64,000 nt of DNA from Octopus sinensis (lineage: Eukaryota), in the NCBI RefSeq assembly GCF_006345805.1, contig NC_043006.1:12648001-12712000 (forward strand). The letters run 5' to 3'. A program made the translations under genes and the position numbers. This document shows positions 1 through 12,162 of the stretch, piece by piece; positions within the stretch are counted from its first letter, which is position 1; each line of letters opens with the position of its first letter. Below the pieces are notes generated by a model. That model made no database searches. It saw only the letters and a program-made list of their open reading frames with translations, and was not told where the DNA came from.

Positions 1-464
1 TCCCACGACTTATTCTTTGTAAGCCTAGTACTTATTCTGTCGGTCGCTTTTGCCGAACCGCTTAGTTACGGGGACGTAAACACACCACCAACGGTTGTCA
101 AGCGATGTTGGTGGGGACAGACACAGACACACAAACATATACATACATACATATATGTGTGTGTGTGTGCATATATACGACGGCTTTCTTTCGCCGAACC
201 GCTAAGTGAAGGGGACGTAAACACACCACCAACGGTTGTCAAGCGATGTTGGAGAGACAAACACAGACGCACAAACATATACACACCCATACATATATAC
301 GACGGGCTTCTTTCACTTTCCGTTTACCATATCTACTCACAAGGATTTGGTCGGCCCGAGCCTATAGTAGAAGACACTTGCCCAAGGTGCCACGCAGTAG
401 GACAGAACCCAGAACCATGTGGTTGGTAAGCAAGCTACTTTCCATACAGCCATTCCTGCGCCTA
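1..464 (-). mobile_element. SINE family A (tRNA-derived), cut by the window edge, with an internal ~140-bp duplication
   Basis: Matches the other family A copies (head taggcgcaggagtggctgtgtggtaag read on the minus strand). Segment gccgaaccgc...acaaacatatac occurs at ~52-140 and ~193-282. Confidence 0.9.
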
Positions 465-1533
465 TATGTTAGATTTAATGAAATTAAATGATTATTACTC
501 CACTAAACTACAACTGCTCTCTATTTAAAAGTTCAGAACAGGCAGTCAGGTTGGATATTTAAGAAGTTTGCTTCTCAACTACGTGGTCCTGGCTTTCTAC
601 TCACTACTTTGTGCCTTGGGCAGACACCATTTTCTTATAAACCCCTTGGCTTGTCCTGTACGCTCTGAATGAAATTCTGTAAGCGAGGACTATATAGAAG
701 TCCGTCAGTTGAATTTTATTTGTAATTCAAACGGTATGGGTTTGTCACACACTATGTCACGCTGAATTAAATTAAAGGTATAAATCTCTGAGGAATGCTC
801 AGTTACTTACACGTTAATTGAAGAGCAAGTAATTCAGCTGATAGAGCAAATGAATACTCGTCGTCGAGTGATAGAAACCCAGCAGAACCATTCATAAAAT
901 GTGCTTCACATAAACACATAGATGCACCATCTGAACATATGTTTTCAAGAGCAACAACTTTGATATTTAGAAGATTTCAAACTATTGCAAAGAAAATGCA
1001 ATGAATACACTGTGATTTTCTGAAATATTTAAGTAACATGCATTGGACAATTATACGTAAAAAAAATCTATATATATTTTTCCCACTGGAATTGGTACTT
1101 TAAAGAATTTGGCTAAAAAGCACGAAATTGTCTGATCATACGGCATGACCACATGACATTCTCCTCAACTGTTATCGACTATAAACAGATAGCTGAACAA
1201 CAATACTAAAGGTTATACAAGGAGGAGTTATTAAAAATAGAACGATAAAAACATAAGCGCTGTCAACTTTAAGGTTGTACCCTGTGAAATTTATAGTCTA
1301 TGAAATGACTTCTTTATTGTAGGCTTCTAAATAAACAGAAATACCCAATTTCATTGTAGGTTTCTAAGTAAACATAAATACCTAATAAAATCAACACGTA
1401 TCATCTTACTATTTCTTTTGCCTCTTCATTGATTGTGTGCTTTTATCATTTTTCAAAAATTTCTTATATTTATATATGCACGTGTTTACATTATGTATCA
1501 TGTATTTGTGAACATCATTAATATATATATAAG

Positions 1534-1571
<38 letters not shown>

Positions 1572-1764
1572 CGCGCGTTCGAAAAGTGGGCGTCTGTCTC
1601 CAAAACCTCAAAGTTGAGTAACGTTTTCATGCTTGGATTTGTAAACTACGGTGAGAAAAACACTGGTCAACAAAGAATTTTTTCCAAGAGAGAAAAATAC
1701 CCGTATCGTATATGTTTTTACATACCTAATTCAAAAATAATGTCAAATTATCTGTACTAAGTCC

Positions 1765-2350
1765 ACATATTGCATTCACCTTCATAATGCCCAGAAACTG
1801 TATAAATACCGCAAACGACTTTTACTTTATGAAAAATATGTAAAATATAAAGACAACTGACGAAAAATATCTAATAAAATTCAAATTGATAAATATAAAT
1901 TTTTATTAATACAAAACACACGGGTGAAGTAAATCTCGTGGGGTGAGATAAATCTCGTGGGGTGAGGAATCAACACATACGGGTGAAACGCAACACAACG
2001 TGCGGTTGTCATGGTAACGAGCTATTAATGCCTCGCTGTCTGTCGATTGGCTAAAATAACCCAAATTTCCCCAACTTCAGTTCTAAATAACATCAGATTC
2101 TTTAATTTACGAGAATTAATTACGAGAGTAATTGGTTGATCGTAATCAAAACTCAGAGTTGCATTGAAACACCAAAATTCAAAGCAATCTGGACAGAATT
2201 AAAGGGGGTGGGGGTCATATTGTGAATGAGAAAAACTAAATCCTAAATTTTAATTATTGCGGTTTTCTCACCGAGAATAGCCAGAAGACAATTCAAACCC
2301 CAAGAATTTCATATCAGCGAGGCCTAATCACATAACAACGAACTTATACC
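1765..2350. repeat. Unclassified probable interspersed repeat or DNA-transposon remnant
   Basis: Non-microsatellite block with an internal ~20-bp tandem (gggtga..taaatctcgtg x2, ~1922-1962). No second copy in the window and no termini defined. Confidence 0.3.
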
Positions 2351-2360
2351 TTGGTATAGG

Positions 2361-2748
2361 GTGGAGGCGCAATGGCCCAGTGGTTAGGGCAGCGGACTCG
2401 CGGTCATAGGATCGCGGTTTCGATTCCCAGACCGGGCGTTGTGAGTGTTTATTGAGCGAAAACACCTAAAGCTCCACGAGGCTCCGGCAGGGATGGTGGT
2501 GATCCCTGCTGTACTCTTTCACCATAACTTTCTCTCACTCTTACTTCCTATTTCTGTTGTACCTGTATTTTAAAGGGCCAGCCTTGTCACTCTCTGTGTC
2601 ACGCTGAATATCCCCGAGAACTACGTTAAGGGTACACGTGTCTGTGGAGTGCTCAGCCACTTCAACGTTAATTTCACGAGCAAGCTGTTCCGTTGATTCG
2701 GATCAACCTGAACCCTCGTCGTCGTAACCGACGGAGTGCTTCCATCCA
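2361..2748 (+). mobile_element. SINE family C1 (tRNA-like head), full length
   Basis: A box tggcccagtggtta, B box ggtttcgattcc. Homologous to 47793-48182 and 55174-55550. TSD ttggta(t/c)agg at 2351-2360 and 2749-2758. Confidence 0.9.
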
Positions 2749-3324
2749 TTGGTACAGGATAGACATTGAAGTGAATTTAGATGCCGCAGCGGTTTTTGTA
2801 GGTGGCGACATGCGCTCTTCCCCGCTGTATCTCCGCTTCGCCGTGTCGCTTCATCACTGCGTCGTTGCGCTGTGTCGCTACCTTGCTGCGTCGCTGTCTT
2901 GCTGAGTCCCTACGTCGCAGCCTCGCTTCCTCGATCCCTCGTTACCCAGCTACCTCGCTGCCTCACTGATTTCTGTTTGGTTCTCTCAGACAGGTGACAA
3001 GTCATCTTTTTCGAAGTTAAATCAATAATGTCTGTGTTCTGTTTATTTTCCACTATCATTTAAGATGAAACAATGGAACTTCTCAATGGTTGTTTAACCT
3101 ATTAGAAATAGCAGCAAACACCTCTCAAATAACACAGTGTCACTTTATTAAGAAAAAAAGGACAGGCATAAGAGAATGTAATTTTGTATAATTCTAAAAG
3201 AGCAAAATGGCCAGGGATGGAATACTCTTGATTCAAAATGCGCCTGTTCAGGAGTGATTAAGGTATCAATTTTCAACTTCCATGAAATATAGATTTCAAA
3301 CTGTGACCCTCGGGTAGAGGTGTA

Positions 3325-3494
3325 AGTCAATTATATCGATACCAGTTCTCGACTAGTGCTTATTTTATCGATCCTGAAAGGATGAAAAGCAAAATTGAGA
3401 TCAGTGGAATTTGAACTCAGAGTGTAAAGATGGACGAAATGTCGCTAAGCATTTTGCCCGGCGTGTTAACGATTCTGCCATTACGCTGCCTTAC
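3325..3494 (-). mobile_element. Old, diverged SINE B-type copy
   Basis: Diverged match to the B core (gaaaggatgaaa.gcaaa...ggaatttgaactcag...gctaagcattttgcccgg). Confidence 0.75.
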
Positions 3495-4064
3495 TTGAAA
3501 TATTTCATTATTGCTGTTATATAATAAATTGTTGATTTGTTACAAAAGGCATTACGATGATCAGTTCAGGTAACAGTTCCCTCTGTCTGAAAAGTACATT
3601 ATTTTGTCAACCAGAGAAGTATGAAAGCTAAAGTTGGCTACGACAGGATTTGACCCGGAACACTAAAGGTCCCGTTATATATATATATATATACCTCGAG
3701 ACAAGATAAATCAAGGCAAGGTATTTTGAACGTTGCCAAAACACCCCTCTGAATATCTAATACAATACTGCATTATTTACGGAGCCCTGGAGAGTAAAAT
3801 GCAAATTTGACCTTGGCGAGATTTCAACCCAGAATGTAAAGAGGCAGAACAAATACCGCTCTAAGGATTCTAGTACTCCACTCCCGTTAATGCTAATAAT
3901 AATTTCTAGACCAGTCACAAGGGCAGAAACTGAGTGGGTGAAGCTATATATCTTCATTCATACATACCTAGACACGCACACACACACACATATCTGTAAA
4001 GATAGCTACATTTCATACACCGGGTGCCCATTTGAAAATATATTTGCCTTTATTCCGAGATGTG

Positions 4065-4421
4065 AAGTAAGTCAATTACATCGACTCCAATGATCAGTAG
4101 TACTTATTTTATTGACCCTGCAAAAGGATGAAAGCAAAATTCAACCTCGGCGGAATTTGAACTCAGAATGTAATGGCAGATAAAATACCTATTTCTTTAC
4201 TACCCACAAGGGGGCTAAACACAGAGGGGACAAACAAGGACAGACAAAGGGATTAAGTCGATTATATCCATCCCAGTGCGTAACTGGTCCTTAATTTATG
4301 GACCCCGAAAGGATGAAAGGCAAAGTCGACCTCGGCGGAATTTGAACTCAGAACGTAACGGCAGACGAAATACCGCTAAGCATTTCGCCCGGTATGCTAA
4401 CGATTCTGCCAGCTCGCCGCC
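4065..4421 (-). mobile_element. SINE B composite: head + young body/tail + old-type body
   Basis: Young unit 4186-4421 joins an older body (4065-4185) at the ggtattt junction. The head carries the old-type aacgattctgcc variant. Confidence 0.85.
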
Positions 4422-5276
4422 TGCATTCGTTTTTGTATTAAAAGTAATAAAATCCCGCTAATAATCATAACCAAAACGTATTTAAACAAGAAGAAAACAA
4501 TACTCTGAATAAAAAGCACAGCTAAAATTTCCTTCGGGCACAAAAAAAAACAGAAAAAGAATTTTGCTTTCTCTTCACTGAAATACGTGACACTATATAC
4601 ATCGCAGTGATGATGTAAGGGAGGTAAGTCAAAGTTATCTACGATGTGTTCTTTCCCCTGAATAGTTCAACTGCTTCAGATTTCGATAAATGAATGCGTC
4701 TGTTCTCTTATGAGACAGTGGAACAGTACTATAGTGGCATTTCTGGTAAATCTTTATATTCTGAGTTCAAATAGCAGCAATGTCAGCGTTGGCTTTCCTT
4801 TTTCGTGGGTTGATAAAACACAGTGACAGTCAATTACTGGAGTGGACGGCATCAGCTAACTTCCTCCCGTCTAAAATTGTTGGCTTCGTGTTTCCATTAA
4901 TACAACTGTTAGAGCGATGTAAAAACAAATGTCATACGGTAAATCGCCTGGCACTTTAACGTTCCGTGTTCAAATCCCATGGACATCAGATTTTCTATTC
5001 CCACTTCCCGGGTCGATCAAATAAATACTCGTCAAATACTCGTAGGCGTAGGAGTGGTTGTGTGGTAAGTAGATGCTTATCACTCCGATATTCTCTCTCT
5101 CTCTCTCTCGTGTATGTGTGTATGTCTGTGTGCATTTATGTACGTTTGTTTGCTGTGTGTTTCTGTATGTATGTGCATGGGCATATGTGCGCGTGTTTTA
5201 TGTGTGTGCGCGCGCGTGTGTGTGTGTGTGTGTGTGTGAGGGAGAATATTTCGGTAAAATCGCTCGCAGGCGATGC

Positions 5277-5410
5277 TTATTTCTTTACTACCCACAAGGG
5301 ACCAAACACAGAGGGGACAAACAAGGACAGACAAAGGGATTAATTCGATTATATCGACCCCAGTGCGTAACTGGTACTTATTTGATCGACCCCGAAAGGA
5401 TGAAAGGCAA
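5277..5410 (-). mobile_element. 5'-truncated SINE B
   Basis: B tail and core up to gaaaggcaaa. Confidence 0.85.
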
Positions 5411-5670
5411 AAGCGATACCGGTACATATAACCTGTAGCATAATGGAGGTGGTTAGCATTAGCTCTAAACATTTATTTGTAAACAGTAATGAATCGCTGC
5501 CTCGATGTTCAGAGAAAACACAACTGCAACCATCAGCAGTTTCGAAAGGCAGAAAGTCAAGAGCTAGCAATGTCATTGTGAGAAGTGTACTAAAGAGTCA
5601 TCTGAGGCACCTACGTTATAACCCTAGTCGTTGCATTGTACTCTTTCAATACCCCCTAGACGTCATTAAC

Positions 5671-6092
5671 TTACTCATTTACTATTTCACTTGTTTCAGT
5701 TATTTGACTGTGGCCATGTTGGAGCACCCCCTTTAGTGGAGCAAATCGACTCCCGGACTTATTCGTTGTAAGCCTAGTACTTATTCTATCTGTCTCTATT
5801 GCCGATCCGCTAAGTTACGGGGACCTAAAAACACCAGCATCGGTTGTCAAGCGATGTTGGGGGAACAAACACAGACACACAAACATATACACATGCACAC
5901 ACACACACACATATATATACATATATACGACGGAATTCTTTCAGTTTTCGTCTACCAAATCCACTCACAAGGCTTTGGTCGGCCCGAGGCTAAAGTAGAA
6001 GACACTTGCCCAAGGTGCCATGCACCGGGACTGAACCCGGAACCATGTGGTTGGTAAGCAAGCTACTTACCACACAGCCACTCCTACGCCTA
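5671..6092 (-). mobile_element. SINE family A, full length
   Basis: Head, body and (ttactc)n-like tail match the other A copies. Confidence 0.9.
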
Positions 6093-6164
6093 TTTCGTGA
6101 ATTTTCTGAACGGTGTCGGTCTAAATATTTCAAATTTTGGCACAAAGCCAGCAGTTTCGGGAGG

Positions 6165-6330
6165 CAGGATTAAGTCGAATCTCAGTGTGCAACTGGTACT
6201 TGTTTTTATCGACCCGGCAAAGAAGAAAGGCAAAGTCGACCCCAATGGCATTCGAACTTAGAACGTATAGACGGACGAAATGCCGTTGGGCGTTTTTCCC
6301 GGCGTGCTAATGATTCTGCCAGCTCGCAGC
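6165..6330 (-). mobile_element. Old SINE B-type copy
   Basis: aaggcaaagtcgac...gacggacgaaatgccg...gattctgccagctcgc. Confidence 0.75.
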
Positions 6331-6634
6331 CATTGTCGGTCAAAATATTAAAGCTTCGAAATCTTCTAACCAGGAAAATTGGAAATGCTTTATGAGAGTT
6401 GGTGTGATTATTCCTGAGAAAAACATATGCTGTGTTGTATGCGAAGGAAATAGTTTACTAGAACCAATTGAAAATGTTTGAACAAGTATATTACCCATAC
6501 TGAAATCTGATAATGTAGTTATTGCCTCACTTTGCCTTGGGTTGCCAACTCCACGTATAACTGTAAGAGTGACGTCATGACTGCAGCGTGTGCTGGACAG
6601 TGTTAAACTAGCAGAGCACATCATTAAAAAAAAA

Positions 6635-6880
6635 TGTTCCTTCGCGAGTCATACCAGGCTCATAAGGGCCGGTTTCCCGGTTTCAGTGGCGTAAAAATTC
6701 CCCACCTAGACACGACGCCGGTCCGTCGCAGGATTACTCATTTTTGCCAGCTGAGTGGACTGGAGCAACGGGAAATGAAGTGTTTTGCTCAAGAACACAA
6801 CGCATCGCCCGGTTCAGGAATCAAAACCACAATCTTACGATCATGAGTTCAACACCCTAACCACTAAGCCACGCGACTCC
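6635..6880 (-). mobile_element. SINE family F (tRNA head + ttgagcaaaacact domain + distinct tail)
   Basis: Minus strand reads ggagtcgcgtggcttagtggttagg. Shares its central domain with family D, then ends gaaaccgggaaaccggcccttatgagcc...gaaggaac. Confidence 0.8.
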
Positions 6881-7034
6881 AGCGGAGCACATCATATTCG
6901 AGTCTAAATCACAGCCAAGTTGTTTCAGAAAGGGATTTGGAGGAAACAGAGGTTAATAGACAGAAAAAGAAAAGAGGAGGGTAAATATTAGTAAATATAG
7001 AGGAATAAGAGGAGATAGAGAGAGACTTAGAGAG

Positions 7035-7080
<46 letters not shown>

Positions 7081-7189
7081 AAGTAGTGAGAGAAATAGGA
7101 AAAGTAAGCCCAGTACAAGAATAAAGCTACATTTATTGACCCTGAAATAAAAAATGAAAGTTAATCGTAGTGGTATTTGAACGCAGAAC

Positions 7190-7410
7190 TGGCGGAAACG
7201 TTAGCACGCCGGGCGAAATGCGTAGCTGTATTTCGTCTGTCGTTACGTTCTGAGTTCAAATTCCGCCGAGGTCGACTTTGCCTTTCATCCTTTCGGGGTC
7301 GATAAATTAAGTACCAGTTACGCACTGAGGTCGATGTAATCGACTTAATACCTATGTGTGTCCTTGTTTGTCCCCTCTATGTTTAGCCCCTTGTGGGTAA
7401 TAAAGAAATA
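7190..7410 (+). mobile_element. SINE B monomer with 18-bp TSD, inserted in an old B-like copy
   Basis: TSD ggtatttgaacgcagaac at 7172-7189 and 7411-7428. Confidence 0.92.
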
Positions 7411-7536
7411 GGTATTTGAACGCAGAACCTGGAGAGCCGAAGCGATTGTCGCAAGGTTAGGGTTCTTACCAATGTTCAGACGATTTTGCTGACTGTCTGC
7501 GAAAATGTCTGGTGGAATTCATCTGATACTGTATTA

Positions 7537-7892
7537 TGTTTCTTTATTAACCACACAGGGCTGCACACAGACGGGACAGATTACAAAGTAGAGCTTTTCT
7601 TTTTTTGGGGAAAAAAAAAAGGTTGGGTAGGTTTTCGCTCAAAAGGGATCGTAAAAGGGAAAGAAGAAAAAAAAAGGGAAAGAAACAAAAGGAAAAAAAA
7701 CGATCAATAGGGATCGTGTATCACAGTGTCATGATGTAAAATCTAAAGGGTGAAGCAGATAAGATTTATCCGTGGGAAGAAAAGCCTATGGAAAAGGCCA
7801 CAGAAACCTCGGTCAATATTGTTACATGTTACCACATTTGTTTGCAAGTGGGTAACCCTCTGTCTTAAATTTTCCAGGTCCATAGGATTATG
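7537..7892 (-). mobile_element. 5'-truncated 3' end of a non-LTR retroelement (possibly L1/Tx1-like) with TSD
   Basis: Direct repeats attcatctgatact at 7517-7530 and 7893-7906. Minus strand ends ...cagccctgtgtggttaataaagaaac. Homologous to 19806-20032. Clade is an inference. Confidence 0.75.
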
Positions 7893-9304
7893 ATTCATCT
7901 GATACTATATTAACTAGAATATCAGTTAGGTTCCGAGTCTGTCGGCCGGCGTATTGCCATCCCCTTTCGCCTTAGGCGTTTTTTTAGCAGAAGCCATTCT
8001 GTCGCACGTATTCATCCCGGGGACTATTGGTTCGAAATTTCTCCTCTTTTCCTTTTGTCTTCGAGAGACTGCAAAAGTTCCAACGGTGTTTTAATTCTTC
8101 TTGTGATTAAACCACTAAATCCAAAATGTTCTCTAAGTCATCCTCTATCAATAAATTCCAGATTATAAGCTTCTTAGCGCTCTCAATTTCCCCATTACCC
8201 TTCGCAAATACTTATCATGTCTAACAATCCTTGTTTTGTCAAATCGTTTTTCTCAGTCTTTGTACAGACATCTGGCGATTTGTTTCAGATATTAACATGA
8301 AATAATGCGACTGTCTCAGTTGTGGATGTATTACTAATCTAATAGGATATTATCACGAATCCTTCCTTGATATCATGAAACTCACTGACCTCTCTGTGAA
8401 TGTGTCTGAGTAAGTGCGAGCCTCTCTGTGTGTCTATGTATGTGCTTGCATGCGCGTGTTTCCATGAGTGAGGTTATGTCTCTTAGTGTTCGTATGTCTA
8501 TGTATGTGTGTGGTGTGTGTGTGTGTGTGTGTGTGTATGCATTCCATCTTTTTTTTTCTTTTTGCAGTAATGCAAATATCTTAAAGAACATCTTTCATAC
8601 CAGGTTAATCAGTTATAATACCTCTGAAACTAATCACAATCAATCATATCCCATCGCTGTATCTTCCAGCGTCATTAGACTGTTGCCGAGCCGGAAATAA
8701 AAGTTCCTGTGTTACATATCAGAAAATCCATGTCTTGTGTTTAACATGATATATTTACTAATTAACCAGATTAGACTCTTACTGACAGGACGTTTCGTTG
8801 CAACGTTAACTGAAAAAAGCTGTCTGTCTCGCAACGAAAGTTTATTTTAGAACTCAGCAATCCCACCACACACACAGCTAATAGCTTATAATTGTCGCAT
8901 TCCTTTCTCACCTAAGACAAAGACAATATTCTACATTGGCAGCCTTTCAACCGTTTCTCATACAGGAACGGCAGAGATTTAATAATGTTCAACATAATGT
9001 TCAGGGAACGATATACACTGTTGGTACAAGGAGCAAATATAGCAAACATTTCTTGCGATGGACGGACGATAGATCTACTAGAAATATCAACCAAATCACA
9101 TCCCAAAAGATACTAAGCTATTTTTCCCAACTGTACTCTATGTGTGAATACGAAAAGGCATGAATAAATATATGAATAATTAAATAAACACGGAATTACC
9201 ATTCTTAGAATACCTTTTAATCATAGCTATAGCTTCGCGCGGTCAGATCTGATGCAGAGGTTATCAATAGCAATATCAATTTCATCGCCATTACCAGCAC
9301 CGCC

Positions 9305-9462
9305 GCCACCACCTCAATTAACAACAACAATAAAAACAACAAAAACGACAAAAAACAACAACAACAAAAACAACAACCACAACAAAAACAACAACCACAA
9401 TAATAATAATAATTGCAATAATAATAATAATTGCAATAATAATGAGAACAACTGCAATAAAG
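9305..9462. repeat. Compound (AAC)n/(AAT)n microsatellite
   Basis: Read directly from the sequence. Confidence 0.9.
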
Positions 9463-9560
9463 ATTCCTAAAGAGAACAGCAACAAGAAAAACCTTTCTAA
9501 TCACCAATAATTCTTTCTTCACGACATCCATTGAAGAGATCTACGCAGAACAACTTGCAT

Positions 9561-9599
<39 letters not shown>

Positions 9600-10052
9600 A
9601 TGTGTGTATACACACATCTGTATAATAAAACTCAGTGTCTGTGTGTCTATGTGTCTGTACATCTATAGGACGAAAGGGAATAGAAGATACATAAAAACAA
9701 AGTGTGTTCTCATACGGGAAAGACGATGAGCTACAAAAAATGTTGTCTCCATTGCGATTAGGGGCATTCAAGAGTGGCAAATACGCCCTGTAAAATTTCA
9801 AATACCTCTGATTTCAGTGAAAATAACAACATAGCTACAAGGTACTGAAGAAAGACAATTTCCAAAATTTCACCATCTTACAATATTATTTAACCCATCC
9901 AATGGGGTTTATGGCACGGGACAGAGCCACTTTGAAAGTGCAAATACATCCAATTTTCATGGAAGATTCATAAGTTTTAAGCATGTTTTCTTGAAATAAG
10001 TGTTCTACAAAACTTCAACAATGCATATCTCATATATATATATATATATATC

Positions 10053-10336
10053 TCACGTCACGTTACGTGACCGACCAGGCTCTGAGATGTTGCTACACAT
10101 CGCTGGTCACAATGCGCTTGGCATTGTTTTAGCCTTCAAATGACGCCACCCTGCTGGCTAAACGGGCAGGCCAACAGAAGAAAGAGTGAGAGAAAGTTGT
10201 GGCGAAAGAGTACAGCAGGGATTGTCACCACCCCTTGCCCCATGGAGCTTTGGGTGTTTTTGCTCAATAAACACTCACAACACCTGGTCTAGGGATCGAA
10301 GCCGCGATCCTACGACCGCGAGTCCCGTGCGCCTCC
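10053..10336 (-). mobile_element. SINE family C2 (C head and middle, different tail)
   Basis: Same head and middle as C1; tail reads ...gatgtgtagcaacatc...cctggtcggtcacgt. Head partly deleted. Confidence 0.8.
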
Positions 10337-10504
10337 ATATATATATATACATATATATATATACATATATATTGAATAACATTTAATTTCAATTTCGAAA
10401 TTTGTTTCATTAGATATCTAGATAAAAATTCCATCTCCGATTTCCAGTTGACACATATCTATACATGTATGTATAGATGCACACACAGAATATCACATGT
10501 TCAC

Positions 10505-10539
<35 letters not shown>

Positions 10540-10741
10540 TACCTCTTTGTTCCTCCTCTGTACCGAATCATAAAAGTAACATCGAAAATTTACTGTGATT
10601 ATTTCTCTTTGGTTTAACAATCTGTCGATGTATTTATCTATCTGCTTGTGTTCCGTATAGATATGTGTATATCTACCTATAAATACACACGGAATGTCAG
10701 ACGTTCACACAAAAACACACACTTTCTATCACCCGTAGCCA

Positions 10742-10923
10742 TATTTCGTCTGCCTTTACGTTCTGGGTTCAAATTCCGCCGAGGTCGACTTTGCCTTTCA
10801 TCCTTTCGGGGTCGATAAATTAAGTACTAGTTACGCAGTGGGGTCGAAGTAATCGACTTAATCCGTTTGTCTGTCCTTGTTTGTCCCCTCTATGTTTAGC
10901 CCCTTGTGGGTAGTAAAGAAATA
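10742..10923 (+). mobile_element. Headless SINE B unit (body + tail)
   Basis: Starts at tatttcgtctg, the same point where units join in B multimers; ends aaagaaata. Confidence 0.88.
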
Positions 10924-11574
10924 TATATATCTATATTATATGAAGAGCATAACAGACGGACGAACTAAGGATGGAACAAGCAGAATTATAATATGATAAT
11001 TAAACATAAACTTAGAGCTATCACGTGTCATAGGGCTCATACAACCGGATCTTTATCCGGTTTATATGGTATATACGTAACCGTGATTACAAGGCACCCC
11101 TCTGAAGGGGAACCCGTTCCTACGCAGAGTTAACTTCCCAGCTATTGCTGGAACTTATTTACAACTGAGTGGACTACAATCAGTTTTCCCGAAGGAACAA
11201 AAAAATACTAGTTTGATGTAAAAAGTTTGGTAAATTGGGTTTAATTTTACTGAATTCACGCGGGACTTCTCACCAAGAAAATATCGTTCATTCAATCACT
11301 TCGTAGGTAGTTGGAAGCCAAAATAGAAAGAATAATATTGAACTATTTCCTCAACAGCAGTCAATATTGATTGTAAATATGAGGTTAAATGTTTGGCTTA
11401 TTACCCGCCTGTCGAAGTCAATTATCTTACATCCAGCAAACAGAATACACAATTATAAGAATTATAAATAATTAACACTCACTGATTCCTGAAATAGCAA
11501 ATATAAGTTTTCGTAAATCATGCAAATAGGTTTCTTTAAACACCCATAGAGACGGGTTCAAGCTCAGACACACA

Positions 11575-11994
11575 TACTCTTTTACTCTTTTACTTGTTTC
11601 AGTCATTTGACTGCGGCCATGCTGGAGCACCGCCTTTAGTCGAGCCTTTAGTCGACCCCGGGACTTATTCTTTGCAAGCCCAGTACTTATTCTATCGGTC
11701 TCTTTTGCCGAACCGCTAAGTTACGGGGACGTAAACACACCAGCATCGGTTGTCAAGCAATGCTAGGGGGACAAACACAGACACACAAACATATACACAC
11801 ACACCTATATATATATATATACATATATACGACAGGCTTCTTTCAGTTTCCGTCTACCAAATCCACTCACAAGGCATTAGTCAGCCTGAGGCTATAGCAG
11901 AAGACACTTGCCCAAGATGCTACGCAGTGGGACTGAACCCGGAACCATGTGGTTGGTTAGCAAGCTACTTACCACACTGCCACTCCTGCGCCTA
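11575..11994 (-). mobile_element. SINE family A (subfamily shared with 32021 and 36707)
   Basis: Shared variants acaggcttc, caaggcatt, gctatagcag, ccaagatgc, ggttggttag. Confidence 0.92.
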
Positions 11995-12162
11995 CACACA
12001 GATACTTGTACTTAAGCACACATACACAGGTATTACATACTCACACATACAAAACTCAGTAACAAATAACAATTCACAGTTTGTATTCTGAGGTTAGTGG
12101 TAAATAGATATAATACATGGTAGAATGATTCTTTGCAAGAAAAGTCTAACTATAAGAAAAAT

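Noticed and set aside
2361-2435. Functional tRNA genes at SINE heads (also 12576, 21316, 53325)
   Set aside because: A and B boxes are present, but acceptor stems are incomplete and the heads run into SINE bodies.
8783-8840. Hammerhead-like GAAAC-GTC with stem GACAG/CTGTC on the minus strand
   Set aside because: The position of CUGANGA reads cttttttc; too degenerate to support.
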